Positions 9,235 to 20,216 of a DNA stretch of 64,000 nucleotides are shown here, piece by piece; the stretch's first letter is position 1, and every line of letters begins with the position of its first letter. The DNA lies in assembly GCA_963784705.1 (NCBI GenBank), contig CAWASC010000012.1:210400-274399 (forward strand). The letters run 5' to 3'. Below the pieces are notes generated by a model, which was not told where the DNA came from, did not search any database, and worked only from the letters and a program-made list of their open reading frames with translations. Both the position numbers and the translations under genes were made by a program. The DNA comes from an uncultured Actinomycetota bacterium (lineage in GTDB: Bacteria; Actinomycetota; Actinomycetes; Mycobacteriales; SCTD01).

Positions 9235-9727
9235 GGGGGACCTACCAGGTCGGCGACCAGGTGGAGTCCTTCTCGGTGGTGGACGGGAGGTACGTCGGGA
9301 GCGCGGCGCCGACCGGATCGTCCTCGAGCTCGACACGGGACTGCTCGAGGTGGTCCACGACGGATGGGTCGTCCGGGGTGGTGTCGTCGGTGGCGTGGCC
9401 GAGTGGGTGCGCGGTGAGGAACCGGGATCGGCTGCAGCGTCGGGGTTCACGGGCAGCAGCCCGGCGTACGACGTCGCGTTGGCCCGGCACCTCGCGATGG
9501 GAGTGGGGGAGCGGCGACGGCTGGCGCTGGTCGAGGTGACGGAGCCGGTCGGCGCGGTGCGCACCGTGCGGCGGGAGTGGGCCCGAGTGGCGTGGGCTGA
9601 GCGCGACGTCGAGTGCTACGAGGTCACGGACCCGGACACGGGGGCGGGGTCGGTGCTGCACGTGGCCGGCGACGTGCTGCTCAGCCGTGCGGGGCCGGGT
9701 CCGGCCACGCTCGCGACTCTGACATGA
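9231..9727 (+). CDS. hypothetical protein; probably needs a -1 frame correction near 9297
   Basis: ATG 9231 overlaps the upstream stop (ATGA) and opens a coding-looking stretch, MRGTYQVGDQVESFSVVDGRYVG (first position G-rich, second position GC-poor). From about 9299 the coding signature moves to the frame of track ORF 9350..9727 (...RIVLELDTGLLEVVHDGWVV...YDVALARHLAMGV...ECYEVTDPDTGAGSVLHVAGDVLL). The alternative is a stand-alone GTG 9350 start. Confidence 0.45.
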
Positions 9728-9790
9728 CCGTGTCAGGGATCACGCCTTGCGACGTGCAGCTCTGACAGAGGCCTGTTAGGCTGATGAGCA

Positions 9791-10147
9791 ATGACGCTCA
9801 CCATCCACGAGGCCGCGACGACCACAGGCTGGTCGCCGCGCATGCTGCGTTACGTCGAGCAGCTCGGTCTCGTGGAGCCGACCCGGTCCGCGGCGGGGTA
9901 CCGCCTCTACGGCCCGGCGCAGCTCCAGCGGCTGCGCACCCTGCGGTCGCTGCTCGAGACGCACGGCCTCGAGCTCGGTGACGTCGGCTTCGCCCTGCGC
10001 CTGCGCCGCGAGCCGGAGCTCAGCGCGGCTCTCGACGACTGGTTCGACAGCACCCCGACCGCACCGCCCGGCCTGACCGGCCCGGAGACCGAAGCCGACT
10101 GGCTGGCCTTCGAGCAGGACAAGCACCAGCACCTGCTCCACCAGTAG
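9791..10147 (+). CDS. MerR family transcriptional regulator
   Basis: A 118-aa ORF with an N-terminal MerR helix-turn-helix ([50 protein letters not shown]). It ends 28 nt upstream of ahcY. Confidence 0.85.
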   Translation: MTLTIHEAATTTGWSPRMLRYVEQLGLVEPTRSAAGYRLYGPAQLQRLRTLRSLLETHGLELGDVGFALRLRREPELSAALDDWFDSTPTAPPGLTGPETEADWLAFEQDKHQHLLHQ

Positions 10148-10175
10148 CCGACCCACCTCACCTAAGGAACCTCCC

Positions 10176-11639
<1,464 letters not shown>

Positions 11640-11668
11640 TCTTCGCCTGTCCGTCCAGGGCACGTACG

Positions 11669-11707
11669 CCGGAAGGCCGGTCCCGCTCGTCGGGGCCGGC
11701 CTTCCGG
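11669..11707 (+). terminator. stem-loop terminator candidate after ahcY
   Basis: A perfect 12-bp inverted repeat, ccggaaggccgg (11669-11680) and ccggccttccgg (11696-11707), with a 15-nt loop, 30 nt after the ahcY stop. Only a weak T tail (gtt) follows, as is common in actinobacteria. Confidence 0.6.
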
Positions 11708-11816
11708 GTTGTGACTCGCACAGCGGCGGCGCACAAACCCGAGGGGTTGCACTGTTCCGCTGGCGTTACCGGCGGAGGACCGTCCGGCGCGACATCCCCC
11801 ACGGACGGAGACCCCG

Positions 11817-13058
11817 ATGCGCCGACTGCTCGTGCCGCTCGCCCTGCTCGCCAGCCTGCTCGCCGTACCCGCAACGACCGCCAGCGCGGCGGGGACGACG
11901 GTGCTGGACGCGACGTTCTCCAGCCCCGCGAACGGCTGGGCGAAGGTGGAGCGCTACCACGACACCGACGCGAGCTTCCCGCAGGAGGCGTATCCGCCGG
12001 ACGGCCGGGGCAACCAGGAGGGGCTGCGCCTGACGTACTTCAACAACGTCACGCAGCCGCGGAGCAACACCTTCCTGCTGTACAGCGCGCCGAAGTGGCA
12101 GACCGGCACCAAGGCAACGCCGATCCTTCTCGTGCACGGCGCCAACGACAACGCCGACCGGGAGTGGGCCAACCCGAACGAGACGCCCAGCGGCTGCGGT
12201 CAGACCAGCTGTCCGAGCACCGGCCTCATGCAGTACCTCGACACCCGCGGCTACAAGGTCTTCGCGATCGGTTTCCCGCACAAGCAGGGCGACAACCTGG
12301 TGCAGGCGCAGCTGGTGGCTGACGCGATCGGCGTCATCAAGGCCAAGCTCGGGGTGACCAAGGTCGACCTGGTCGCGTGGAGCAAGGGCGGCTTCCCGGC
12401 GCGCGCCTACGTCAGCAGCGTCAAGCCGAGCTGGGGCCGGGTCTATCAGGGCGACGTCCGCAAGCTGGTGCTGATCGGCAACGCCAACAACGGGCTCGAC
12501 TACGCCTGGCGGCACGGCGCACCGGGGGCGATCCTCATCTACCCGGAGTGCGGTGGCTCGCTGAACGGGCCGGCGGCGGTGACCAGCTACGTCTGCTACG
12601 GCATCACCTACAGCCACACCGAGCTGACCTACACCGGCACCGGATCGCAGAACACCTTCCCGGGGCAGCGACAGATGCTCAAGCGCTGGGACGGCACCTA
12701 CGGCCTCGATACCGCCACCCAGGACTGGTACACCGTCTACAACGGCGGGTGGGGCTACACGTCCTACAGCCCGGGCATCACGGCAGCGATCAACCAGGGC
12801 TCGTTGGTCGACACGATCCGCATCGCCGGGGTCCCGAGCGCCGTGACGTCGTACCTGCTCTGCGGCGGCAACCCCTCGCTGCCCTACGTCTACAACGAGA
12901 ACACCGGACCCTCGGACGGGCTGGTCTTCCGCGCCTCGTGCGAGAGCACCACCGGCTTCGGCACGGTGGGCGGGGTGACGACGGTGACGGGGGACAACCA
13001 CCTTCAGCTGGGCTGGGGGAGCACGGAGTCGGCGCAGCTGGTGACCTGGCTGGGCTAG
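11817..13058 (+). CDS. secreted alpha/beta-hydrolase, lipase-like
   Basis: A 413-aa ORF with a signal peptide (MRRLLVPLALLASLLAVPATTASA). LLVHGANDN is followed by the nucleophile elbow VAWSKGG (A-x-S-x-G). Confidence 0.72.
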   Translation: MRRLLVPLALLASLLAVPATTASAAGTTVLDATFSSPANGWAKVERYHDTDASFPQEAYPPDGRGNQEGLRLTYFNNVTQPRSNTFLLYSAPKWQTGTKATPILLVHGANDNADREWANPNETPSGCGQTSCPSTGLMQYLDTRGYKVFAIGFPHKQGDNLVQAQLVADAIGVIKAKLGVTKVDLVAWSKGGFPARAYVSSVKPSWGRVYQGDVRKLVLIGNANNGLDYAWRHGAPGAILIYPECGGSLNGPAAVTSYVCYGITYSHTELTYTGTGSQNTFPGQRQMLKRWDGTYGLDTATQDWYTVYNGGWGYTSYSPGITAAINQGSLVDTIRIAGVPSAVTSYLLCGGNPSLPYVYNENTGPSDGLVFRASCESTTGFGTVGGVTTVTGDNHLQLGWGSTESAQLVTWLG

Positions 13059-13069
13059 CGTTTGTGGAA

Positions 13070-13090
13070 CTCACAACAATTGGTTGTGAG
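13070..13090. promoter_or_regulatory. palindromic operator candidate upstream of the ABC operon
   Basis: CTCACAAC-aattg-GTTGTGAG has perfect 8-bp arms. It lies in a locally AT-richer stretch about 110 bp upstream of the SBP start. Confidence 0.4.
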
Positions 13091-13198
13091 ATTCACCGGG
13101 TCGCTGTGCAGGTGACAAGGCATTCTGTGGCGTACTTCACAGGGCACACCCACGTGCCACCACCGCTGCCACCTCGCAGTCACTCAGGAGCAACACCC

Positions 13199-14752
13199 AT
13201 GACTCATGCCCGTCGCCAGCGGGTCGCCGCCGGCCTCCTGCTCGCCGTCGGTCTCGCCGCCTGCTCGTCCGCCCCCGCGCCCACCTCGCTCGGCCAGGTC
13301 GACGGTGGCACGACGGGCAGCGCGGGGACGACCTCGGGGACCTCCGGCACGACGTCGGGGACCACGGGGACGACGGGAAGCACCCCCGCGGGGGGCACGT
13401 CGGCAGGCACCATCACCCCCGGCGGTACGACGGGTGGAACGGGGAGCTCAGGGACATCCGGCGGCGGCACGTCGGGAAGCAGTGGCACCAGCGGGTCGGG
13501 CTCGAGCGGCGCCGGTGGTCCCGTCACGAGCGGCGGCTCCGGCACCACCGGCGCCGGGTCAGGGGGCTCGACCGGGGCTGCCCCGACCCGCAGCACGCTG
13601 TTCACCCCCGCCGAGGACAAGATCGGCATCACCCCCACGTCGATCACGATGTGCGCGCACGCTGCCCTCACCTACGGCGCGGCGTTCAACACCACCGACG
13701 CGGACTTCAACGTCTTCTGGTCCGCAGTCAACGACAACGGCGGGATCTACGGCCGCAAGGTCACCGTCACCTACGAGAACGACAACTACTCGCCCGACAC
13801 CGCGGTCCAGGCGGCAACCGCGTGCAAGGCCAAGGGCATCTTCATGCTGCTCGGTGGCATCGGGTTCGACCAGATCCCGGCGGTCCGCAACTGGGCCGAG
13901 ACCAACCACATGCTCTACCTGCACCACACCGCCACCGAGCAGGGCAGCAAGGGGCTGAAGTACTCCTTCACCGAGCTGCCCAGCGTCGAGCGAATGGGCG
14001 AGGGCTTCGGCCAGCTGTACCTCAGCACGTTCAAGGGCAAGAAGGTCGGGGTCGTCGAGCGCGACAGCGCCAACTGGAAGCCGGGCGCCGACACCTTCAA
14101 GAGCATGCTCGCCGGTCAGGGCCTCAAGCCGGTCGCCGACAACAAGGTCGCGGACAAGAAGCACAACTACACCCAGGACATCCTGGACATGAAGAACGCC
14201 GGCGCCGAGGTCGTCTTCCTCTGGGAGAACGCCTTGAACAGCACGGAGTTCATCACCCAGGCGAAGCGGCAGAACTACAGCCCCAACTACCTGATGTTCC
14301 CGTTCAACCTCACCTCGCAGACCCTCGACCAGGACGCGATGAGCCCCAAGCTCGACGGCGTCGCGATGTACCCGGCCTACTCCAACGGCGACTACACCGG
14401 GCCGTTCTCGAAGTACGCCGACGACGTCAAGCTCTTCGAGGCGCAGTACGCGAAGTACCGCCCGAACGCCGACCTCAAGGGGCTCGGCGGTGACCTGCTG
14501 TTCCTCAACTGGACCGCGCAGAAGGCGCTGTATGCCCAGCTGCTCGACTGCGGCAAGGACTGCACCCGCAACCGCTTCGTCGACACGCTGCAGAGCTACA
14601 AGAAGGTGCCAACCAGCAGCGCGTGCCTCATCGACTTCACCAAGGGGGACGGCCACCACGGCGCCGAGGCCCTGAACTTCATGCAGACCTACGCCGCGCC
14701 CTCCGGGAAGATCAACTGGCGCAACACCCAGGCCTGCGTCGGGCGGCCCTGA
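13199..14752 (+). CDS. ABC transporter substrate-binding lipoprotein (Leu/Ile/Val-binding-protein family fold)
   Basis: ATG 13199 follows CAGGAG and is an internal start of track ORF 12377..14752. The lipobox is LLLAVGLAAC. An approximately 95-aa Gly/Thr/Ser linker precedes a type-I periplasmic-binding-protein-like domain (IGITPTSI...YGRKVTVTYENDNYSPDTAVQAATAC...LLGGIG). Confidence 0.85.
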   Translation: MTHARRQRVAAGLLLAVGLAACSSAPAPTSLGQVDGGTTGSAGTTSGTSGTTSGTTGTTGSTPAGGTSAGTITPGGTTGGTGSSGTSGGGTSGSSGTSGSGSSGAGGPVTSGGSGTTGAGSGGSTGAAPTRSTLFTPAEDKIGITPTSITMCAHAALTYGAAFNTTDADFNVFWSAVNDNGGIYGRKVTVTYENDNYSPDTAVQAATACKAKGIFMLLGGIGFDQIPAVRNWAETNHMLYLHHTATEQGSKGLKYSFTELPSVERMGEGFGQLYLSTFKGKKVGVVERDSANWKPGADTFKSMLAGQGLKPVADNKVADKKHNYTQDILDMKNAGAEVVFLWENALNSTEFITQAKRQNYSPNYLMFPFNLTSQTLDQDAMSPKLDGVAMYPAYSNGDYTGPFSKYADDVKLFEAQYAKYRPNADLKGLGGDLLFLNWTAQKALYAQLLDCGKDCTRNRFVDTLQSYKKVPTSSACLIDFTKGDGHHGAEALNFMQTYAAPSGKINWRNTQACVGRP

Positions 14753-15648
14753 TGGGTCAGGTCCTCGTCCTCGGTCTCATCGCCGGGGGGATCTACGCGC
14801 TGTTCGCGGTCGGCATCGTGCTGGTCTACCGCGGCAGCGGGGTCCTGAACTTCGCGCAGGGCGAGATCGGCACGGCGGCCCTGCTCGCGGCGTACGTCGT
14901 CGTCAACGACCTCGGGGCGCCGTGGATCGTCGGGGCGTTGGTCGCGATCGTCGTGGCTGCTGCCCTGGGCGGCGGCTTCGAGTTCCTCGTGGTGCGCCGC
15001 ATGATCTCCTCCGACCCCGTCTCGACGGCCGTCGCGACCGTCGGCTTCACGCTGGCCCTGGTCTCGCTCGAGATCATCTACGTGGGTGACAGCGGCAAGG
15101 TCCTGGACAACCCCTTCACCCGCGGCACTGAGGTCTTCGGCGTGGTCGTCTACCCGCACCAGGTGCTCGCGGTGCTCATCGCGGTCGCGCTCGGCTTCGG
15201 GCTGCAGCGCGTGCTCCGCCGTACGGACTTCGGTCTCGGGATCCTCGCCGCAGCGCAAGACCCGGACGCGGTCCGTCTGGTCGGTGTGCCGCTGTCCCGG
15301 GTGTCGCTGGTCGTGTGGGGGCTCGGTGGTGCCCTGTCCGGCCTGGCCGCCCTGCTGGCCGAGCCGACCGTCGGCCTGATCACTCCCGGCTTCGCGAGCG
15401 AGTTCTTCGTGTTCGGGCTCGCGGCGGCGGTCATCGGTGGCCTCGACTCGCTGCCCGGCGCGGTGCTCGGTGCTCTCGGGCTGGGGATCGCGGAGGCCGT
15501 CGAGCAGCGCTACCTGAGCCTCGACGTCCCGGGCGAGCGCTACCTGCTGCTGCTCGCCGCTGTCCTGATCGCCCTGCTGAGCCGCGCCTTCGCACCGGAG
15601 CTGCGCAAGCGCTTCGCTCAGCCCGCTCCCGTGCAGGTGACGGCATGA
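14752..15648 (+). CDS. branched-chain-amino-acid-type ABC permease (LivH-like)
   Basis: ATG 14752 overlaps the SBP stop (TGATG). The sequence begins MGQVLVLGLIAGGIYALFAVGIVLVYRGSGVLNFAQGE, the canonical LivH N-terminus. Confidence 0.9.
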   Translation: MGQVLVLGLIAGGIYALFAVGIVLVYRGSGVLNFAQGEIGTAALLAAYVVVNDLGAPWIVGALVAIVVAAALGGGFEFLVVRRMISSDPVSTAVATVGFTLALVSLEIIYVGDSGKVLDNPFTRGTEVFGVVVYPHQVLAVLIAVALGFGLQRVLRRTDFGLGILAAAQDPDAVRLVGVPLSRVSLVVWGLGGALSGLAALLAEPTVGLITPGFASEFFVFGLAAAVIGGLDSLPGAVLGALGLGIAEAVEQRYLSLDVPGERYLLLLAAVLIALLSRAFAPELRKRFAQPAPVQVTA

Positions 15649-17513
15649 CCGCCGTGACCGCCTCCGTGCCGCGTCGCATCAGCCTCCCCGTCCCAGGCAT
15701 CGTCGTCGCCCTCGTCCTGGTGGCTGTCCTGCCGCCGCTGCTCGGCCGCACTGCGCTGCTGTCGGACGTCAACGCCCTGCGGCTGTGCGCAGCCGCGTCG
15801 TTCGCCATCGCCGGTCTGTCGCTCAACGTCCTCACCGGCTACGCCGGGCAGATCAGCCTGGGGCAGTACGCCTTCGTCGGCGTCGGAGCCTTCACCACCG
15901 GCATCGTCACGGGCGTCAACGACTTCCGCCTCCCGTGGGTCGTCGGACTGCTGCTGTCGGCGGTCGCCGGCGCGGTCGTCGCCTTCGTGGTGGGCTTGCC
16001 GGCGCTGCGGTTGCGCGGGCTCTACCTCGCCGTCGTCACGATCGGCGTCGCCTACGCCGCCTACCAGTCGCTGTTCCGCATCGACGCGATCGGCGGTGGC
16101 TCCGCGGGCAAGACCGCTCCCCGCCCGTACGTCGGGACGCACGCCATCGCCAGCAACGCCGACTTCCTGTCCATCGCGCTGGTCGTCCTCGTGCTGGTGT
16201 GGCAGATCGACGTCAACCTCACCCGCAGCCGGTTCGGTCGCGCGTTCCAAGCCGTGAAGGCCGACGAGAAGGTCGCGGCGTCGTTCGGCGTCGACGTGGC
16301 GCGCACCAAACTGCTCGCGTTCACGCTGTCCGGCGCCATGGCCGGCGTGAGTGGCGCGATCCTCGGTACGGCGTACGGCACCGTCAGTGGCACGCTGTTC
16401 AAGTACGAGCAGTCGCTCCTGCTCGTCGTGGTCGTGGTCATCGGTGGTCTGGGCAGCCGGGCCGGCGTCGTCGGGGCGGCGTTCTTCGCCACCCTGCTGC
16501 CCAGCGTCCTCATCGCGATCTTCGGCACGGGCATCCGCGGCTACGACCTCGTCCTGAACGGCGCGCTGCTGATGTACACGATCAGCAGGCACCCGACCGG
16601 CCTGGCCGGTGCGGTCAGGGAGGCGAGGGAGGACCGGCTGCGCAAGAAGGGCGGCCTGCCGCCCCTTCCGCCGACCCGACCGAGCCTGCCGTCGCTGGGC
16701 CGGATGTCTGCCGGTCCCGAACCCCTGAAGGCGCGACCGGGGACCGCGGTGCTCGAGGTGTCGGACGTCAGCGTCCGCTTCGGCGGGCTGCAGGCCGTCG
16801 ACGGCGCGGGGCTGCGCGTCGACCGCGGCACCATCGTCGGGTTGATGGGTCCGAACGGTGCCGGCAAGACCACGCTGTTCAACGCCGTCACCGGGGCGCT
16901 GACCCCGGACAGCGGCCGCGTGTCCTTCCTCGGCGAGGACATCAGCGACCTGCCGGCCCACCTGCGCACGGCCCGCGGCATGGGCCGCACCTTCCAGCTC
17001 ATCGGCCTGGCCAAGCAGCTGTCGGTCTACGAGAACCTGCTCATGGCGCAGCACCTCGGCGCGCCCTACTCCCTGGCCAGTGCGCTCACCACCATCGGCA
17101 CCAGTCGGACCCTCGAGCGCGAGCTGCGCGAGCGCGCCGACCAGACGATGGACGGACTCGGGTTCGGGCGGTTCCGCGACACCGTCGTCGGCCGGCTCTC
17201 CCACGGCCAGCAGCGCATCGTCGAGATCGGCTGCTGCCTGATCACCAGCCCGGAGCTGGTCATGCTCGACGAGCCCAGTGCCGGCATGAGCCCGGCCGCG
17301 GCGGAAGACCTCGCCGCGACCCTGCTGGACATCCGCGACCAGCTCGGCCGGACCGTCCTGCTCATCGAGCACAACATCCCGCTGGTGCTCGGGGTCGCCG
17401 ACGAGCTCTACGTCATGGACGCCGGTCGCGTCATCGCCGACGGCGAGCCCGTCGAGGTGGTCACCCGCCCCGAGGTGGTCACGGCCTACCTGGGACAGGC
17501 GGTGTCGGCATGA
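15645..17513 (+). CDS. fused LivM-like permease and LivG-like ATP-binding protein
   Basis: There is an ATGA overlap at 15645. The N-terminal half is LSLNVLTGYAGQISLGQYAFVGVGAF (LivM). The C-terminal half has Walker A (GPNGAGKTT), the signature LSHGQQRIVEI and Walker B (LVMLDEP). Confidence 0.9.
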   Translation: MTAVTASVPRRISLPVPGIVVALVLVAVLPPLLGRTALLSDVNALRLCAAASFAIAGLSLNVLTGYAGQISLGQYAFVGVGAFTTGIVTGVNDFRLPWVVGLLLSAVAGAVVAFVVGLPALRLRGLYLAVVTIGVAYAAYQSLFRIDAIGGGSAGKTAPRPYVGTHAIASNADFLSIALVVLVLVWQIDVNLTRSRFGRAFQAVKADEKVAASFGVDVARTKLLAFTLSGAMAGVSGAILGTAYGTVSGTLFKYEQSLLLVVVVVIGGLGSRAGVVGAAFFATLLPSVLIAIFGTGIRGYDLVLNGALLMYTISRHPTGLAGAVREAREDRLRKKGGLPPLPPTRPSLPSLGRMSAGPEPLKARPGTAVLEVSDVSVRFGGLQAVDGAGLRVDRGTIVGLMGPNGAGKTTLFNAVTGALTPDSGRVSFLGEDISDLPAHLRTARGMGRTFQLIGLAKQLSVYENLLMAQHLGAPYSLASALTTIGTSRTLERELRERADQTMDGLGFGRFRDTVVGRLSHGQQRIVEIGCCLITSPELVMLDEPSAGMSPAAAEDLAATLLDIRDQLGRTVLLIEHNIPLVLGVADELYVMDAGRVIADGEPVEVVTRPEVVTAYLGQAVSA

Positions 17514-18274
17514 GCCTGCTCGAACTGCACGACGTGACGGCCGGCTTCGGCCCGCTGACCGTGCTCCACGGCATCTCCTTCTCGGTGGAGGAGGGAACGA
17601 TCGCCGGGGTCTTCGGCCTCAACGGCGCCGGCAAGTCGGTGACGATGAAGACGATCGGCGGGACGGTCGCTGCGCGTAGCGGCTCGATCCTGCTCGACGG
17701 GCAGGACATCACCCGGCTCTCGCCGGAGAAGCGGGTCGGCCTGGGCCTGGGGCACGTACCTCAGGGGCGACAGGTGTTCCCGCAGCTGACCGTCGAGGAG
17801 AACCTGCGCCTGGGGGCCTACACCCTGCGCCGCAAGGACAAGAAGCGCTACGGACCGGCGCTGGACAGCGTCTTCGACCGGTTCCCGGTCCTGAAGGACC
17901 GGCGCGACCAGCTCGCGGGAACGATGTCGGGTGGCCAGCAGGCCTCCCTGTCGGTGGCTCGTGCGCTCATCAACGAGCCGCGGCTCATCCTGGTCGACGA
18001 GCCGTCGGCCGGCCTGTCCCCGGTCGCCCAGCTCGAGCTGCGTGAGGTGCTCAAGGTCGTCAAGGACAGCGGCGTGACCATGGTGCTCGTCGAGCAGAAC
18101 ATCGCCTTCGGCCTCTCGCTCGTCGACACCGCCAACCTGCTGCAGACCGGCACGGTCGTGCACACCAGCGCCGTGGCAGACCTCGACAACGACACGTTGG
18201 CCACGCATCTGGGCATCGGCAAGGTCCTCGCCGGCGCGACCGGTACGGCGCTCGCCGCGCGCAAGGGCGCCTGA
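17510..18274 (+). CDS. ABC transporter ATP-binding protein (LivF-like)
   Basis: There is an ATGA overlap at 17510. Walker A is GLNGAGKSV, the signature is MSGGQQASLSVARAL and Walker B is LILVDEPS. Confidence 0.9.
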   Translation: MSLLELHDVTAGFGPLTVLHGISFSVEEGTIAGVFGLNGAGKSVTMKTIGGTVAARSGSILLDGQDITRLSPEKRVGLGLGHVPQGRQVFPQLTVEENLRLGAYTLRRKDKKRYGPALDSVFDRFPVLKDRRDQLAGTMSGGQQASLSVARALINEPRLILVDEPSAGLSPVAQLELREVLKVVKDSGVTMVLVEQNIAFGLSLVDTANLLQTGTVVHTSAVADLDNDTLATHLGIGKVLAGATGTALAARKGA

Positions 18275-19065
18275 TGTCCGTGCTGTCCCGGACGGACGCC
18301 GGGGTCGCCTGGTACGACGAGGGATCGGGCTCCCCGGTCCTGCTGGTGATGGGGCTGGCCTACCCCGCAGCCGCCTGGTTCCGGCAAGTCCCCGTGCTCG
18401 CACAGCAGCACCGGGTGCTCTCGGTCGACAACCGGGGCGCCGGCGCGACCGGCCTGGTCGACGGGGCGCCGTACACCGTCGAGGCCATGACCCAGGACCT
18501 GCTCGACGTGCTCGACGCAGCCGGGGTCGACCGCGCCCACGTGGTCGGGATCTCGATGGGTGGGCTGATGGCCCAGGAGCTCGGCCTGACCCACCCAGAA
18601 CGGGTCCGGTCCCTCACGCTCATGGCCACCCATCCGGGCGCGCGGTCCTGGGTGCTTCCTCAGGACGTCATCGACTTCCTCACCGCACGCGCGGGGATGG
18701 AGGCGCAGGAGCGCGGCGAGTTCTCGATCCCGTTCAACTACCACCCGAGCACCGACCGGGTGCTCATCGAGCAGGACTGGTCGGCGCGCGAGGCTGGGAC
18801 AGCCGGGCCCGAGGGGTACGCCGCGCAGGGCGGGACGGCGCTGTGGGACGGCCATGACCGGCTGCCCGGGCTCCGGCCCCCGACCCTTGTCGTCCACGGT
18901 GCGCAGGACCGCCTGGTCGTCCCCGCCAACGGGGAGAAGATCGCGGCGGCCGTTCCCGGCTCCCGGCTCGTCCTCGTCGAGGGGGCGAACCACATCCTCA
19001 CGACCGACCGCGCCGACGACGTCAACCGGCTGCTGCTGTCCTGGTTCGCGGAGCACGAGGGATGA
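18274..19065 (+). CDS. alpha/beta hydrolase (cytoplasmic)
   Basis: A 263-aa ORF whose start overlaps the LivF stop (TGATG). HG-like PVLLVMG is present, and the nucleophile elbow is GISMGG. Confidence 0.85.
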   Translation: MSVLSRTDAGVAWYDEGSGSPVLLVMGLAYPAAAWFRQVPVLAQQHRVLSVDNRGAGATGLVDGAPYTVEAMTQDLLDVLDAAGVDRAHVVGISMGGLMAQELGLTHPERVRSLTLMATHPGARSWVLPQDVIDFLTARAGMEAQERGEFSIPFNYHPSTDRVLIEQDWSAREAGTAGPEGYAAQGGTALWDGHDRLPGLRPPTLVVHGAQDRLVVPANGEKIAAAVPGSRLVLVEGANHILTTDRADDVNRLLLSWFAEHEG

Positions 19066-20216
19066 GCCGCCTGCGCGCGGTCCGCAGCGACGGCGTCGCT
19101 GCCATCGCCGAGCGGGTGCTGGCCGATCTCGACGGCGTCGTCGAGCGGATGGGGGTGGCCTACCGCGAGGAGATCGAGGAGTACGCCGCGCTCACGCCTG
19201 GTCAGCTCGCCGTCGAGGTGCTGCCGGTGTCGCGGCGGCTGGTCACGACCTTCCTCGCCTGCGTCGTCGAGTCGCGGTCGCTCACCGCCCGGGAGCTCGA
19301 GGTGTTCGAGCAGTCCGGCCGGCAGCGCCTGGCGATGGGCATGCCACTGGAGTCGGTGCTGCACGCTTACCGGATCGCCGGGCGCGAGGCGTGGACGGCG
19401 ATGTGCGCCACCGTCGGCCCGACCGAGACGGTGCTGCTCGCCGACCTGGGCGCCCGCTGGATGGACATCGTCGACCGCACGTCGTCAGCGCTGGCGCAGG
19501 CCTACCTCGCGGCCTCGCACGAGCGGCTGCGGCACGTCGACGCCCGACGGCGTGAGCTCGTCGAGGCACTGCTCACCGCGACGGACCCGTCCGAGGTGGC
19601 GGCGGTCTCCTTGCGCTTCTCCACGGTGCTCGCGCCCGCCTACGTCCCGGTGCTCGTCGCCGGCCAGGGAGTCGCCGCCGGGATCGACCAGGTCCTGGCC
19701 GCTGCACCAGCAGGGACGCTCGGTGGCCACCGCGGTGACCGCGTCCTCCTGCTGGTCCCGCACCGCGCGGACGGGCTCCGGCACCGCCCTGAGCACCTGG
19801 CGTGCTGGGGCCGTCCGGCGTCCTGCGGCACCGCGCTGCTGGCAGAGGTGCAGCACGTCGAGCGGCTGCTGCTGACAGCGCTGGCCGAGGGTCGCGTCGA
19901 GGGTCACTTCGGTCCGGACGACCTGCTCGTGGAGCAGCTGCTGCTCGGCAACGAGCGCGTGGCTGGAGCCCTGCGCCGACGGGTGCTCGACGCCGTGACC
20001 GGACGGGACAGCGGTGGCGTGCTGCTCGCCACCCTGCAGACCTACCTCGACACCGGGTCGATCCCGGAGACCTCGCGGCGAGAGATGGTCCACGCCAACA
20101 CCGTCGGCTACCGCCTCGGACGCGTCCGCGACCTCACCGGGCTCGACCCGCGGGTCCCGCGCGACGCGGCGCTGCTGGTGCTGGGCCTGGGGCTCCCGGA
20201 GGAGGGATCGCCATGA
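19062..20216 (+). CDS. PucR/CdaR-family transcriptional regulator
   Basis: A 384-aa ORF with an ATGA overlap. The C-terminal PucR-type HTH is LQTYLDTGSIPETSRREMVHANTVGYRLGRVRDLTGLDP. Confidence 0.8.
   Translation: MSRLRAVRSDGVAAIAERVLADLDGVVERMGVAYREEIEEYAALTPGQLAVEVLPVSRRLVTTFLACVVESRSLTARELEVFEQSGRQRLAMGMPLESVLHAYRIAGREAWTAMCATVGPTETVLLADLGARWMDIVDRTSSALAQAYLAASHERLRHVDARRRELVEALLTATDPSEVAAVSLRFSTVLAPAYVPVLVAGQGVAAGIDQVLAAAPAGTLGGHRGDRVLLLVPHRADGLRHRPEHLACWGRPASCGTALLAEVQHVERLLLTALAEGRVEGHFGPDDLLVEQLLLGNERVAGALRRRVLDAVTGRDSGGVLLATLQTYLDTGSIPETSRREMVHANTVGYRLGRVRDLTGLDPRVPRDAALLVLGLGLPEEGSP

Noticed and set aside
9242-9661. A minus-strand 139-aa ORF whose C-terminal third (9242-9420) has a good third-position G/C signature.
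   Set aside because: The well-signalled part has no usable start codon, and its upstream two-thirds read as Arg/Pro-rich nonsense. The plus-strand reading explains the whole interval with a single frame correction and an ATGA-coupled start. Some doubt remains.
10148-10175. A possible SAH riboswitch upstream of ahcY.
   Set aside because: Only 28 nt separate the MerR stop from the ahcY start, which is too short for the SAH element. Regulation is more likely through the MerR protein or read-through.
13301-13589. Highly repetitive GGC/ACC/AGC-rich DNA that at first glance resembles a repeat array.
   Set aside because: It is in frame within the SBP gene and encodes a Gly/Thr/Ser tether directly after the lipobox. 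It has no regular repeat-spacer structure, so it is not CRISPR or a non-coding satellite.
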